DNA of 64,000 nt from an uncultured Oscillospiraceae bacterium. GTDB taxonomy: Bacteria; Bacillota; Clostridia; Oscillospirales; Oscillospiraceae. Where the stretch lies: contig CALXDL010000011.1 in assembly GCA_944387055.1 (NCBI GenBank), positions 1,696 to 65,695 of the forward strand, in the 5' to 3' direction. Below, one piece after another: positions 32,070-42,193 of the stretch. Within the stretch, counting starts at the first letter, position 1; each line of letters starts with the position of its first letter. A program made the position numbers and the translations under genes. The notes beneath the pieces are model-generated. The model was not told the origin of the DNA and did not search any database. It saw only the letters and a program-made list of their open reading frames with translations.

Positions 32070-32098
32070 AGTATATGAGGGGAGAGAAGAAAAAGTGC
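32070..32098 (-). promoter_or_regulatory. Putative mother-cell (sigmaK-like) promoter
   Basis: Minus strand GCAC -17- CATATACT. Confidence 0.55.
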
Positions 32099-32246
32099 CT
32101 GCACGATGTGCAGGCACTTGGAGGACAGTCAAAGAGGACGGGACGAGTCGGGCCTCGCGCGGGAGCTGGAGACGGAGCGCCGCACACTGCAAAGGCCTGT
32201 GGAGATGATTTGGCGGAGAGACCACGGAGACGGGATACCCGCCAGA

Positions 32247-32894
32247 TCATGTACGGGGACTGGATGATTTCGCAGTCTGACAATCCCGGCTCAAGGGACA
32301 GCCCGCGCATCGAGGCGAGCGGGCGGTACAGGTATCCCGTCCGAAAAGGACCATCCGATGACAGAAATCACTGGACTCCTTTGGAGGGATGACAGTGCGC
32401 AGCTGCCGCTCCACCTGGAGAGGATCTTTCGAGCCGTCTGTCAAACCTAAGCGGCCGGTGATACGGATACAATGGGTATCGCACACATAGGCGGGCTGGC
32501 CGAATACATCCCCCAGGATTAGATTGGCGGTCTTACGTCCTACGCCCGGCAGGGCCGTCAACTCCTCCATGGTACCTGGCACCTTGCCGCCATGCTCATC
32601 GATGAGCTTGCGGGCACAGGCGACGATATCACGGGCCTTGCCATTATAGAAGCCGCAGGAATGGATGTACTGGCCCACCTCGGCGGGATCCGCTTCTGCG
32701 AAACTCTCCAGCGTGGGGAAGCGCTGGTAGAGGGCAGGGGTCACTTTGTTCACCCGTTCGTCGGTGCATTGGGCAGAGAGCCGCACAGCGAAGAGCAGCT
32801 CATAGTCCTTTTCATATCGCAGGGAACACAAGGCGTCTGGATAGATGCCTTTGAGCGTCTCGATGATCCGCTTCACGGCGGCCTTGGATAACAT
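32247..32894 (-). CDS. nth: Endonuclease III
   Basis: LSAQCTDERVN, HhH LPGVGRKTAN, DTH, C-x6-C-x2-C-x5-C cluster. Confidence 0.96.
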   Translation of the reverse strand: MLSKAAVKRIIETLKGIYPDALCSLRYEKDYELLFAVRLSAQCTDERVNKVTPALYQRFPTLESFAEADPAEVGQYIHSCGFYNGKARDIVACARKLIDEHGGKVPGTMEELTALPGVGRKTANLILGDVFGQPAYVCDTHCIRITGRLGLTDGSKDPLQVERQLRTVIPPKESSDFCHRMVLFGRDTCTARSPRCAGCPLSRDCQTAKSSSPRT

Positions 32895-33056
32895 AGCATT
32901 CACCTCGAACGATAGGATATCACAAGGGCCGCCAAAAGGCCAGAAGAAAATGCGGAGGATGTCGAAGCGGGCGGGAAGCATGGTGTGAAAACTGCTGGAA
33001 AGTTTTTCGTGATCGTGTTATACTTATCCTCCAGATGAATGCTCAGAAGGGAGGGC

Positions 33057-34331
33057 ATGCCTATGCAGCGTCCCCTTGCGGACGAGATCCGTCCAAAGGC
33101 TTTGGATGAAGTAGTCGGACAAAGACACCTGCTGGCCCCCGGCGCAGTGCTCCGGCGTCTGATCGAGAGCGGTGTGGAGGCGAACATGGTCTTCTACGGG
33201 CCCTCTGGCACGGGGAAGACCACCATCGCGAACATCATCGCCGAGAAGACCCACAAGACCCTCTACCGGCTCAACGCCACCACGGCATCCCTCCAAGATA
33301 TCAAGGATATCATGGCCGATGTGGGGACATTGATGGCGCCGGGCGGCGTGCTGCTGTATCTGGACGAGATCCAATATTTCAACAAGAAGCAGCAGCAGAG
33401 CCTGCTGGAATTCATGGAGAATGGGTCCCTGACACTGATCGCTTCCACGACAGAGAATCCCTATTTCTACGTATATAGCGCGCTGCTCTCGCGCAGTACG
33501 GTATTCGAATTCAAGGCGGTCCCGCCGGAGGAGACGGAAAAAGCCGTCCGGCGGGCCTTGGAGATCGAACAGGGGCGCAGTCAGCTCCCCCTGGAGTGGG
33601 AGGCAGACGTCCCCCGGCAGATCGCGACGGCCTGCGGTGGTGATGTGCGCAAGGCCATCAACGCAGTCGAGCTGCTCTGCCAGGCTGCGGCGCCAAAGGA
33701 CGGGAAGCTGATCTTGACGGGCGACGATACGCTCCAGGTCTCACAGCGCAGTGCCATGCGCTATGACCGAGATGGGGACGCGCACTATGATATCCTATCC
33801 GCCCTGCAAAAGTCGATCCGCGGATCCGATCCGGATGCGGCCGTCCACTATCTGGGCCGGCTATTGGAGGCGGGAGATCTGCTCTCCCCCTGCCGCCGCC
33901 TGCTGGTCATCGCATCAGAGGATATCGGATTGGCCTACCCGATGGCCATCGTCGTGACGAAAGCCTGTGTGGACGCGGCGCTCCAAGTGGGGCTGCCGGA
34001 AGCCAGGCTCCCATTGGCGGAAGCGGCGGTGCTGCTGGCCACGGCTCCCAAGTCCAACACCGCCCACAATGCCATCGTCGCTGCTATGGAGGACCTGAAG
34101 CGTGGGAAGACCGGGGATATCCCGCGCCACCTCCAGAACGTCCACGCAGACACCGTGGGGGCTGACCATCAGCAGCACTATCTCTATCCCCATGATTTCC
34201 CGCACCGCTGGGTCAGGCAGCAATATCTGCCGGACGCACTCAAAGATGTGAAGTATTACGAATGGGGCGATAATAAGACGGAACAGGCAGCACGTGCCTA
34301 TTGGGAGAAGATCAAAGGCGAAGACCTATAG
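33057..34331 (+). CDS. rarA: Replication-associated recombination protein A (RarA/MgsA)
   Basis: PLADEIRP, GPSGTGKT, TTENP, KSIRGSDPDA, YLYPHD. Confidence 0.95.
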   Translation: MPMQRPLADEIRPKALDEVVGQRHLLAPGAVLRRLIESGVEANMVFYGPSGTGKTTIANIIAEKTHKTLYRLNATTASLQDIKDIMADVGTLMAPGGVLLYLDEIQYFNKKQQQSLLEFMENGSLTLIASTTENPYFYVYSALLSRSTVFEFKAVPPEETEKAVRRALEIEQGRSQLPLEWEADVPRQIATACGGDVRKAINAVELLCQAAAPKDGKLILTGDDTLQVSQRSAMRYDRDGDAHYDILSALQKSIRGSDPDAAVHYLGRLLEAGDLLSPCRRLLVIASEDIGLAYPMAIVVTKACVDAALQVGLPEARLPLAEAAVLLATAPKSNTAHNAIVAAMEDLKRGKTGDIPRHLQNVHADTVGADHQQHYLYPHDFPHRWVRQQYLPDALKDVKYYEWGDNKTEQAARAYWEKIKGEDL

Positions 34332-34377
34332 GCCCCAGCAGGCCAGCGCCGGATAAAGAGAGGGAGTATCCGAGCCT

Positions 34378-35304
34378 TCAACAGCGGAAGACGGTCTCTA
34401 TGGGGGCCTTCTCATAGTTGGGGGGAGAGTAGACCCAGCGGTCCAAGACACCGTCTGTCACCTGGTAGCGGACAGGAGGCGGCGTGGATCCCGGCGGCAG
34501 CCGTTCGATGACCTGGAGCTTGATCTTCATCCGCTCTGGCCGGATGCTCTTGATGTAGACGGATACTCCGTCTCCGGGCGAGAGGCCCTCTCGCGTGTCC
34601 GTCAGACCGGAGAGATTGGGCGTGAGCTCCACGAAGGTACCGTATTCCTTCACGCTGCGGACCGTTCCGCGGACCGTCTCACCGGGACAGAACCAGCTGG
34701 CGTTCTCCAACCAGGTGCCCAGCAGCTCTTTGTGCGTCATGGTGAAGCGGCGGCGATCCCGGTCTATATCACGCAGGGCCACCAGGATCTTTTGGCCGAC
34801 TTGGAAACGGTCTCTTGGATGGGCGATCCGCGATACGGAGATAGACTCGATGGGGAGCATGGCCACGATCCCACAGCCGATATCCAGGAATGCTCCGAAG
34901 GAGTCCAGGTGAGTCACCCGAGCGGTGAGGACCGCGCCGGGCATCAGGTGTTCCATGAAATATGCCATGGCGGTCTCCTGCGCGTCCCGGCGGGAGAGCA
35001 GGGCGACCGGCGCCCCCTTCCCATCGGAATGGAGCGCTTTGACTGTGAAGCAGGTCTGCTTCCCGACTCTGGACAATACGGCGATATCTCGGGAGGCACC
35101 GCTGATCCAAGGAGCCAGGACTTCTTCGCGTGGGATGAGGCCCTCCGCGCTGCCGAGCGGGACGTGCAGGGTACGCTGTGCGTCACACCGTGCAACAACG
35201 GCCTCCAAGATCGCGCCGCTGTCGATGGCGGCCGCCAGGTCGGCGAGCGTGCAGGATATCTGAGGGCGTAGGCCCTCCGGTGGATACAGATGGTTTTCCG
35301 GCAT
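34378..35304 (-). CDS. Multi-S1 RNA-binding domain protein
   Basis: S1 repeats such as LDSFGAFLDIG...ISVSRIAHP and VKEYGTFVEL. Confidence 0.88.
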   Translation of the reverse strand: MPENHLYPPEGLRPQISCTLADLAAAIDSGAILEAVVARCDAQRTLHVPLGSAEGLIPREEVLAPWISGASRDIAVLSRVGKQTCFTVKALHSDGKGAPVALLSRRDAQETAMAYFMEHLMPGAVLTARVTHLDSFGAFLDIGCGIVAMLPIESISVSRIAHPRDRFQVGQKILVALRDIDRDRRRFTMTHKELLGTWLENASWFCPGETVRGTVRSVKEYGTFVELTPNLSGLTDTREGLSPGDGVSVYIKSIRPERMKIKLQVIERLPPGSTPPPVRYQVTDGVLDRWVYSPPNYEKAPIETVFRC

Positions 35305-35402
35305 TCGATCGCATCCTATCTGCCGCTTGACGCGGCGTAGTTTGATACCGTAGTATATGCACTATATGCGCCGGGAGGGCGCAGCTTGACAGGAGGGACA
35401 GG

Positions 35403-35594
35403 ATGGATCTACATCTGCATGATAGAGTGGAACTGAAGAAACCGCATCCCTGCGGGAGTACCCGATGGGAGGTCCTTCGCGTGGGGATGGACATCAAGCT
35501 CCGATGTCTTGGCTGCGGCCATGAATTGATGCTTCCCCGCAGCAAAGTGGAGAAGAGCATCCGAAAAATCGTGATGGAGGAGGATCGGACATGA
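35403..35594 (+). CDS. DUF951 (YyzM-like) small protein
   Basis: LKKPHPCG...WEVLRVGMDIKLRCLGCG. Confidence 0.92.
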   Translation: MDLHLHDRVELKKPHPCGSTRWEVLRVGMDIKLRCLGCGHELMLPRSKVEKSIRKIVMEEDRT

Positions 35595-35689
35595 AGAGAG
35601 GGACCCGCGTCGTGGCCCTGGTGCTGGCGGTGGCCCTGGTGGCTGCGCTGCTGGCCTCCATGGTGCTGCCATACATGAGGATGTTTTGA
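35591..35689 (+). CDS. 32-aa single-TM peptide (below the ORF-track cutoff)
   Basis: MKRGTRVVALVLAVALVAALLASMVLPYMRMF; RBS GGAGGA; ATGA overlap with the DUF951 stop. Confidence 0.7.
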   Translation: MKRGTRVVALVLAVALVAALLASMVLPYMRMF

Positions 35690-35835
35690 ATCGCCATGAC
35701 GGGCGGGACGGCTGATGGGCTGCCCCGCCCGTCTATTTTGTCCCTGAGATCCACTCTCATGTGGCCCCCTTTTGCGACTGCTTTTCCGTGGGGCCTGCCC
35801 TATAATGGGGGAGATGGATGAAGGGGGGCGGCAGC

Positions 35836-36891
35836 ATGACCGTGGTCTATGTGGACAGCGTGTTCGTGCTCAACGCTCTGATGGACTATCTGTTGCTCCT
35901 GACCACTGCGCGCCTGGCGGGCGTGCCGCTCCGGCGGAAACGCTATGTGCTGGCGGCTCTGTTGGGCGGGCTCTATGCAGTGGCGGTGTTCCTGCCGGGA
36001 CTTGGATATCTGGCCGAGACGCCGGTCAAAGTAGCGGTGGGGACGCTGCTGGCATTGATAGCATACGGGGGAGAGGAGAAGCTGCTGCGGCTGATACTCT
36101 TGCTGTTCTTGGTCTCCTGTGCACTGGCCGGCTGCGTCCTAGGGCTGGGACTTTTGACGGCGACGCCCGTCCCCGTGGTGCGGGGGATATTCTATACGGA
36201 CGTGGATGCCAAGGTATTGGCAGTCGCTTCCGCCGCTGGCTACTGCGTCTTGACGTTGGTGTTCCGCGCCAGCGCCAAGCGCGGGATACGAGGGGAACTG
36301 CTGCCCGTGCGGGTGAGCCTGGGAGAGCGCCGGGCAGAGCTGACGGCCTTGTATGATACGGGGAACGGGCTCCGGGATCCAGCCACTGGCCGGCCGGTAC
36401 TGGTGGTGGCAAAAGGTGCGCTGGACACCATCTTCTCGGCGGAAGTCCGAGAGCTGCTGACAGGAGATGCGCTGATGGCTCCGGCGGACCTGCTGGGACC
36501 GTTGCGGCAGGCAGCCCCAGAGCTGCGGACGTGGCTGGTGCCCTACCAGGCGGTCGGCGTGAACAGAGGATTGCTGCTGGCCATACGCAGCGATTGGACA
36601 GAAGTGGCAGGGGAGCGATATGAGTCTTTGATAGTGGCACTGGCGCCCACGGCCCTGGGGACGGGGTACGGTGCCCTTTGGGGCGGACCGCTGAGAACAG
36701 GAGGAGAGCATGGGATCATTCGCAGAAAAACTGCAGCACCTGCTGGTGAGGCTGGGGCTGTTGGCAGACACGGAGATACACTATATCGGCGGCAGCGACA
36801 CGTTGCCGCCGCCGCTGACCCGGGAGCGGGAGGCGGAGCTGTTGGGACGGATCGGAGAGGAGGCTGCCCGGAAAGAACTGATCGAACATAA
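35836..36891 (+). CDS. spoIIGA: Pro-sigmaE processing peptidase SpoIIGA
   Basis: [18 protein letters not shown], five TM helices, catalytic DTGN; upstream of sigE. Confidence 0.92.
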   Translation: MTVVYVDSVFVLNALMDYLLLLTTARLAGVPLRRKRYVLAALLGGLYAVAVFLPGLGYLAETPVKVAVGTLLALIAYGGEEKLLRLILLLFLVSCALAGCVLGLGLLTATPVPVVRGIFYTDVDAKVLAVASAAGYCVLTLVFRASAKRGIRGELLPVRVSLGERRAELTALYDTGNGLRDPATGRPVLVVAKGALDTIFSAEVRELLTGDALMAPADLLGPLRQAAPELRTWLVPYQAVGVNRGLLLAIRSDWTEVAGERYESLIVALAPTALGTGYGALWGGPLRTGGEHGIIRRKTAAPAGEAGAVGRHGDTLYRRQRHVAAAADPGAGGGAVGTDRRGGCPERTDRT

Positions 36892-37414
36892 TCTGCGGCT
36901 CGTGGTGTACATCGCTCGCCGGTTCGAGAACACTGGGGTCGGCATCGAGGACCTGATCTCCATCGGCACCATCGGTCTCATCAAGGCGGTGGGGACCTAT
37001 CGGTTGGATAAGAACATCAAGCTGGCGACCTATGCCTCCCGGTGTATCGAGAACGAGATATTGATGTATCTCCGTAAGAACGCCAGCCGGAAAGGAGAGA
37101 TATCCTTCGACGAGCCATTGAACACCGATTGGGACGGCAATGAGCTGCTGCTCTCCGACGTGCTCGGTACAGATGGGGATACGGTCATGCGCCCTATCGA
37201 AGAGGATGTGGACCGCAGCCTTTTGGCGGCGGCCATCGAGATGCTCTCGCCCCGGGAGAAGCAGATCATCACGCTCCGGTTCGGCCTGGGCGGCGGACGG
37301 GAGCAGACACAAAAAGAGGTAGCGGACCAGCTGGGCATCTCCCAGAGCTACATCTCCCGCTTGGAAAAACGCATCATCTCCCGGCTGAAAAAGGAGATCT
37401 TGCGGCTGAGCTGA
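36710..37414 (+). CDS. sigE: Sporulation sigma factor sigmaE
   Basis: Pro-sequence, [40 protein letters not shown]. Confidence 0.97.
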   Translation: MGSFAEKLQHLLVRLGLLADTEIHYIGGSDTLPPPLTREREAELLGRIGEEAARKELIEHNLRLVVYIARRFENTGVGIEDLISIGTIGLIKAVGTYRLDKNIKLATYASRCIENEILMYLRKNASRKGEISFDEPLNTDWDGNELLLSDVLGTDGDTVMRPIEEDVDRSLLAAAIEMLSPREKQIITLRFGLGGGREQTQKEVADQLGISQSYISRLEKRIISRLKKEILRLS

Positions 37415-37474
37415 TGCTTGACGATCCGGCTCGGGCATACTATAATAAATCAAAATACTGCAATATCGCAGATT

Positions 37475-37725
37475 GCGTGGAAGGGAAGCAGTACCCGGTG
37501 GGCAGAGGCTAAGAGAGGGAACGGTCGGTGTGAGTTCTCCCGAAGCCGCCGGAGAAGTCGTCCCGGAGCACCGGAGTTGAAACGTCAGTAAGCCCCGGCG
37601 GTATCCCTCCGTTATCGGGGAAGGGCGTGTAAGCGCCCCTTGAGCGCGTGCTTTGGCACGAATCCAGGTGGTACCGCGGACTTTATGTTCGCCCTGGGCC
37701 GAAAGGCCCAGGGCGTTTTTGTTTT
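37475..37725 (+). promoter_or_regulatory. T-box riboswitch (Val)
   Basis: Promoter TTGACG-17-TATAAT (37418-37446); AGTA and AGAGA stem I motifs; specifier GTC; T-box AATCCAGGTGGTACCGCG; terminator CGCCCTGGGCC-GAAA-GGCCCAGGGCG-TTTTT. Confidence 0.93.
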
Positions 37726-37881
37726 GCTGAAAGAGGACGTGCTCGCCCCTGCCGGAGCGAAGCTGGGAGGATGGAGAAGCCGTCCCGGAGCCGTGATGCT
37801 TCCTGGAAGAAGAGATGATGGACCAGACGCGCAACAGCAGCCAATAAGGCCCCTAGGTTCTGAAAGATAGGAGGATCAGAT

Positions 37882-40518
37882 ATGAAGAAAGAACTGCCCA
37901 AGGTGTATGAGCCCCAGCAGGTGGAGTCCCGCATCTATCAGATGTGGGAGGACAACGACTGTTTCAACGGGGACCCGGACCCCAAGAAAAAGCCTTTTTC
38001 CATCGTCATGCCGCCCCCCAATGTCACAGGCCAGCTCCACATGGGTCACGCCCTGGACTGCACGCTCCAGGACATCTTGACCCGTTTCAAGCGGATGCAG
38101 GGCTATTCTACGCTGTGGCTGCCCGGAACAGACCACGCCGGTATCGCCACCCAGATCAAGGTGGAGGAGGAGCTGCGGGTCAAAGAGGGAAAGACCCGTT
38201 ATGACCTGGGCCGGGAGAAGTTCCTCCAGCGGGTGTGGAAGTGGAAGGAAGAATATGGGAATCGGATCGTGGAGCAGCAGAAGAAGATGGGCGTCTCCTG
38301 TGATTGGAGCCGCTCCCGCTTCACGATGGATGATGGCTGTTCCAAGGCCGTGCGGGAGACCTTCTGCGAGCTTTACGACAAGGGCCTCATCTATAAGGGC
38401 AGCCGGATCATCAACTGGTGCCCCCACTGTGTCACCGCGCTCTCTGATGCAGAGGTGGAGTATGTGGATAAGCCCGGTCATCTGTGGTACGTCCGTTATC
38501 CGCTGACTGATGGCTCCGGCGACCTGGTGATCGCTACCACCCGGCCTGAGACCATGATGGGCGATACCGGCGTGGCCGTGAACCCGGAGGACGAGCGGTT
38601 CAAGCATCTGGTGGGCAAGACCTGCATCCTGCCCATCATGGACCGGGAGATCCCCATCGTGGCGGACGACTACGTGGAGCTGGGCTTCGGCACCGGCGCG
38701 GTGAAGATGACCCCCGCCCACGACCCCAACGACTTCGAGGTGGGCCTGCGACATAACTTGGAGGTCATCCGCTGCATCGGCGATGACGGCAGGATCAATG
38801 AGAACGGCGGACCTTACAGCGGGATGGACCGCTATGAGTGTCGCAAGCAGATCGTGAAAGACCTGGAAGAACAGGGGTATCTGGTCAAGACCGAGCCCTA
38901 CGCCCACAATGTGGGCACCTGCTACCGCTGCCACAACGACGTGGAGCCTCTGATCTCCGCCCAGTGGTTCGTGAAGATGGAGCCTCTGGCCAAAGAGGCT
39001 CTGCGAGTGGTCCGGGAGGGAGAAGTGAAGTTCGTCCCCGAGCGGTTCGCCAAGACCTATACCAACTGGATGGAGAACGTCCATGACTGGTGCATCTCCC
39101 GGCAGCTGTTGTGGGGCCACTAGATCCTCGCCTGGTATTGCGACGAGTGCGGTCAGATCAATGTCTCCCGGGAGGATCCGACGAAATGTGAACAGTGCGG
39201 CTGTACCCACCTGACCCGAGATCCTGACGTGCTGGACACTTGGTTCTCCAGTGCCCTGTGGCCCTTCTCCACCCTGGGGTGGCCGGAAAAGACGGAAGAT
39301 CTGGCCTTTTACTATCCCACTTCCGTCATGGTCACCGGTTACGACATCATCTTCTTCTGGGTGGCCCGGATGATCTTCTCCGGGTGCGAACAGATGCACC
39401 AGATCCCCTTCCACACCGTGCTGATCCACGGCCTGGTGCGGGACGACAAGGGCCGCAAGATGTCCAAGTCCCTGGGCAACGGCATCGACCCCCTGGAGAT
39501 GGCGGAGAAGTATGGCGCGGACGCCCTGCGCTTCAACCTCATCACCGGCAACTCCCCGGGCAACGACACCCGGTTCTACACCGAGAAGTGCGAGGCCATG
39601 CGGAACTTCGCCAACAAGATCTGGAACGCCAGCCGGTTCGTGATGATGAACTTACACCTGGACCAGTGTGAACTGCCTGCTGCCGATCAGCTGGCGCCGG
39701 AGGACAAATGGGTCCTCTCCAAGCTGAACACGCTGGTCAGGGAGGTCACCGAGAACCTGGACGCCTATGAGATCGGCGTGGCCTCCGCCAAGGTCTACGA
39801 CTTTTTGTGGGACACCTACTGTGACTGGTATATCGAGCTGACCAAGACCCGCCTCCAGGGGGAGGACGAAGAGGCTAAGCTGACGGCTCAGAACGTGCTG
39901 TGCTATGTCCTGACGGAGCTTTTGAAGCTGCTGCATCCCTTCATGCCCTTCATCACGGAGGAGATCTATCAGGCGCTGCCCCACGCGGATCCGTTCCTCA
40001 TGACCGCTCAGTGGCCGGAATACCGGCAGGATCTGGACTTCCCGGAGGACGAGGCAGCCATGGAGGCTGTCATGGATACCATCAAGGCCATCCGAGCCCG
40101 CCGGGCGGAGATGAACGTGCCTCCCTCCAAGAAAGCGGAGGTGCTGATCGTCACGGCCACGCCGGACATCTACGCCCAGGGCCTCCACTTCCTGCAGCGG
40201 CTGGCCTACGCCAGTGAGGTGACCTTCGCCGATACTGCCCCGACGGACGTCAGCGGCATGGTGACCGCTGTCACCCATAACGCCACGGCCTATCTGCCCC
40301 TCAGCGAGTTGGTGGATATCGCTGCTGAGCTGGAGCGGATCGCCAAGGAGAAGGAAAAGGCCGAGAATGGTCTGCGGATGGTGGAACAGAAACTCTCCAA
40401 CGAGAAGTTCGTCTCACGCGCTCCGGAGGCAGTGGTGAACGCCGAGCGGGAGAAGGCCGCCAAGTACCGGGAGCTCATCGCCAAGCTGGAGGAGTCCGCC
40501 AAGGCCATGCAGGCATAA
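37882..40518 (+). CDS. valS: Valyl-tRNA synthetase, interrupted by an in-frame TAG at 39121-39123
   Basis: [35 protein letters not shown]; reading frame continues unbroken through the TAG. Confidence 0.95.
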
Positions 40519-40546
40519 CGCCCCGGCACATCAAAAATGCAGCGAC

Positions 40547-40583
40547 AAAACGCCCCTGCGGAGCATCTCCCAGGGGCGTTTTT
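40547..40583 (+). terminator. Intrinsic terminator after valS
   Basis: AAAACGCCCCTG...CAGGGGCGTTTTT. Confidence 0.8.
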
Positions 40584-40627
40584 GATTAGGGACCCGCAGC
40601 GGAGCGCCGCGGAGAGAGGAGACGGAG

Positions 40628-41095
40628 ATGAAGCTGAAAAATACCCTGCTGGCAGTCCGGGACATGGAGCGCTCCAAGGCCTTTTACCGGGAGGTGCTGG
40701 GGCTCCATGTGGTGATGGACTTCGGCGCCAACGTGACCCTCACCGGCGGCCTGTGCCTCCAGACTTTGGACACCTGGGTAGATTTCCTGGGGAAAGAAGC
40801 GGAGGGGATATGCTTCGGCGGCGATGACAGTGAAGTCTACTTTGAGGAGGATGCCTTCGATGCCTTCTTGGAGCACCTTACCAGCTGCACGGACATCTCC
40901 TATGTCCATCCGCCGCTGGAGCACCGCTGGGGCCAACGAGTGGTGCGGCTCTACGACCCGGACCGCCACATCATCGAGGTGGGGGAGGATATGAAGTCCG
41001 TGTGCCGCCGGTTCCGCGACCAGGGCATGACGCCGGAACAGATCGCCGCGCGGATGGAGGTCCCTCTGAAGTTCGTCACCGGCTGCCTGCGCTGA
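40628..41095 (+). CDS. VOC/glyoxalase family protein
   Basis: LAVRDMERSKAFYREVLG, WGQRVVRLYDPDRHIIEVGE. Confidence 0.9.
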   Translation: MKLKNTLLAVRDMERSKAFYREVLGLHVVMDFGANVTLTGGLCLQTLDTWVDFLGKEAEGICFGGDDSEVYFEEDAFDAFLEHLTSCTDISYVHPPLEHRWGQRVVRLYDPDRHIIEVGEDMKSVCRRFRDQGMTPEQIAARMEVPLKFVTGCLR

Positions 41096-41143
41096 GAGCG
41101 CCGGACAAGCAAGGACTGCCCGGCCGATGAAAGGAGATACGCC

Positions 41144-41689
41144 ATGTTTACCGACGGAAGGAGCAAGCGGGTCATTTTCCTGGCTCACTGCCTGCTGAAC
41201 CAGAACGCCATTTCCGATGGGACCGCCGAGGTGCCCGCCGCCCATCGGGAGATCCTGCGGGCGATCCTGGACGCCCAAGTGGGTGTGGTGCAGCTGCCCT
41301 GTCCGGAGCTATGCGGTCTAGGGCTGGACCGGGGAGATCCCCGGGGCGCGGAGCGCCCAGTGGTGGTGGAGAACACTCGCATCCGCCGCGCCATGGAGCA
41401 GCCGGAAGCTGCCGCTCGACTGCAGGAGCTGACGGACCAGGTAGTCTGGCAGATCCGGGAGTACCGGAAGCACGGCTTCGCCGTGCTGGGGATCGTGGGC
41501 GTCGACCGCTCCCCCTGCTGCGGGGTGGACACCACCTCGGACCAGGACCGAGAGCTGCCCGGCCGTGGGGTGTTCATGGCTGCCCTCCAGACAGCGCTGG
41601 AAGAGGCGGAGCTCACCGTACCGGTGATCGGCGTCAAGCCGTCATCTCCAGATGCGCTGGCCAAGGTGCGGGCACTTTTGGGAGAGTGA
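41144..41689 (+). CDS. DUF523/TudS-related Fe-S putative desulfidase
   Basis: HCLLNQN, QLPCPE, SPCCGV cysteine motifs. Confidence 0.75.
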   Translation: MFTDGRSKRVIFLAHCLLNQNAISDGTAEVPAAHREILRAILDAQVGVVQLPCPELCGLGLDRGDPRGAERPVVVENTRIRRAMEQPEAAARLQELTDQVVWQIREYRKHGFAVLGIVGVDRSPCCGVDTTSDQDRELPGRGVFMAALQTALEEAELTVPVIGVKPSSPDALAKVRALLGE

Positions 41690-41697
41690 GGTGTGTC

Positions 41698-42141
41698 ATG
41701 GAGATCCGACGCGCACAGGAAAACGAACTGCGGCCAGCCATGGATCTCTGCTGGCGGGTGTTTCTGGAATTCGAGGCCCCGGCGTACCCTTGGGAGGGCC
41801 TGATAGCCTTCTATTCTTATATTTCAGATACTGAAAAGCTAAAGGGCTTGACAATATATACAGCCTGGGAGGAGAATCGCCTCCTGGGCGTCCTGGCGGC
41901 AGATGGGAGCCACATCGCTCTGTTTTTCGTGGACTCGGTATTCCACCGGCGAGGCATCGGGCGCCAGCTGTTCCGCCAGTACTTGGCGGAGAGCGGGGAA
42001 CGGCATGTGACGGTCCACAGCGCTCCCTATGCAGAGGAGATCTACCGGCGCCTGGGCTTTTCTCCCACGGCGACGGAACAACTGGCGCCCGATGGCATCC
42101 GCTATATCCCCATGGCCTGGGAGCGGGAAACAAGATCATAG
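41698..42141 (+). CDS. GNAT family N-acetyltransferase
   Basis: HIALFFVDSVFHRRGIGRQL, TVHSAPYAEEIYRRLGF. Confidence 0.9.
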   Translation: MEIRRAQENELRPAMDLCWRVFLEFEAPAYPWEGLIAFYSYISDTEKLKGLTIYTAWEENRLLGVLAADGSHIALFFVDSVFHRRGIGRQLFRQYLAESGERHVTVHSAPYAEEIYRRLGFSPTATEQLAPDGIRYIPMAWERETRS

Positions 42142-42150
42142 AGATACGGC

Positions 42151-42188
42151 AAAGCCTTCGGAAGGTAGTTTCCCTCCGGAGGCTTTTT
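42151..42188. terminator. Bidirectional terminator-like hairpin
   Basis: AAAGCCTTCGGAAGG...CCCTCCGGAGGCTTTTT between convergent genes. Confidence 0.7.
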
Positions 42189-42193
42189 GCGCT

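Noticed and set aside
39121-39123. Genome-wide TAG recoding or pyrrolysine use
   Set aside because: TAG ends several normal genes in the window at expected positions, and neighbouring conserved codons are also altered
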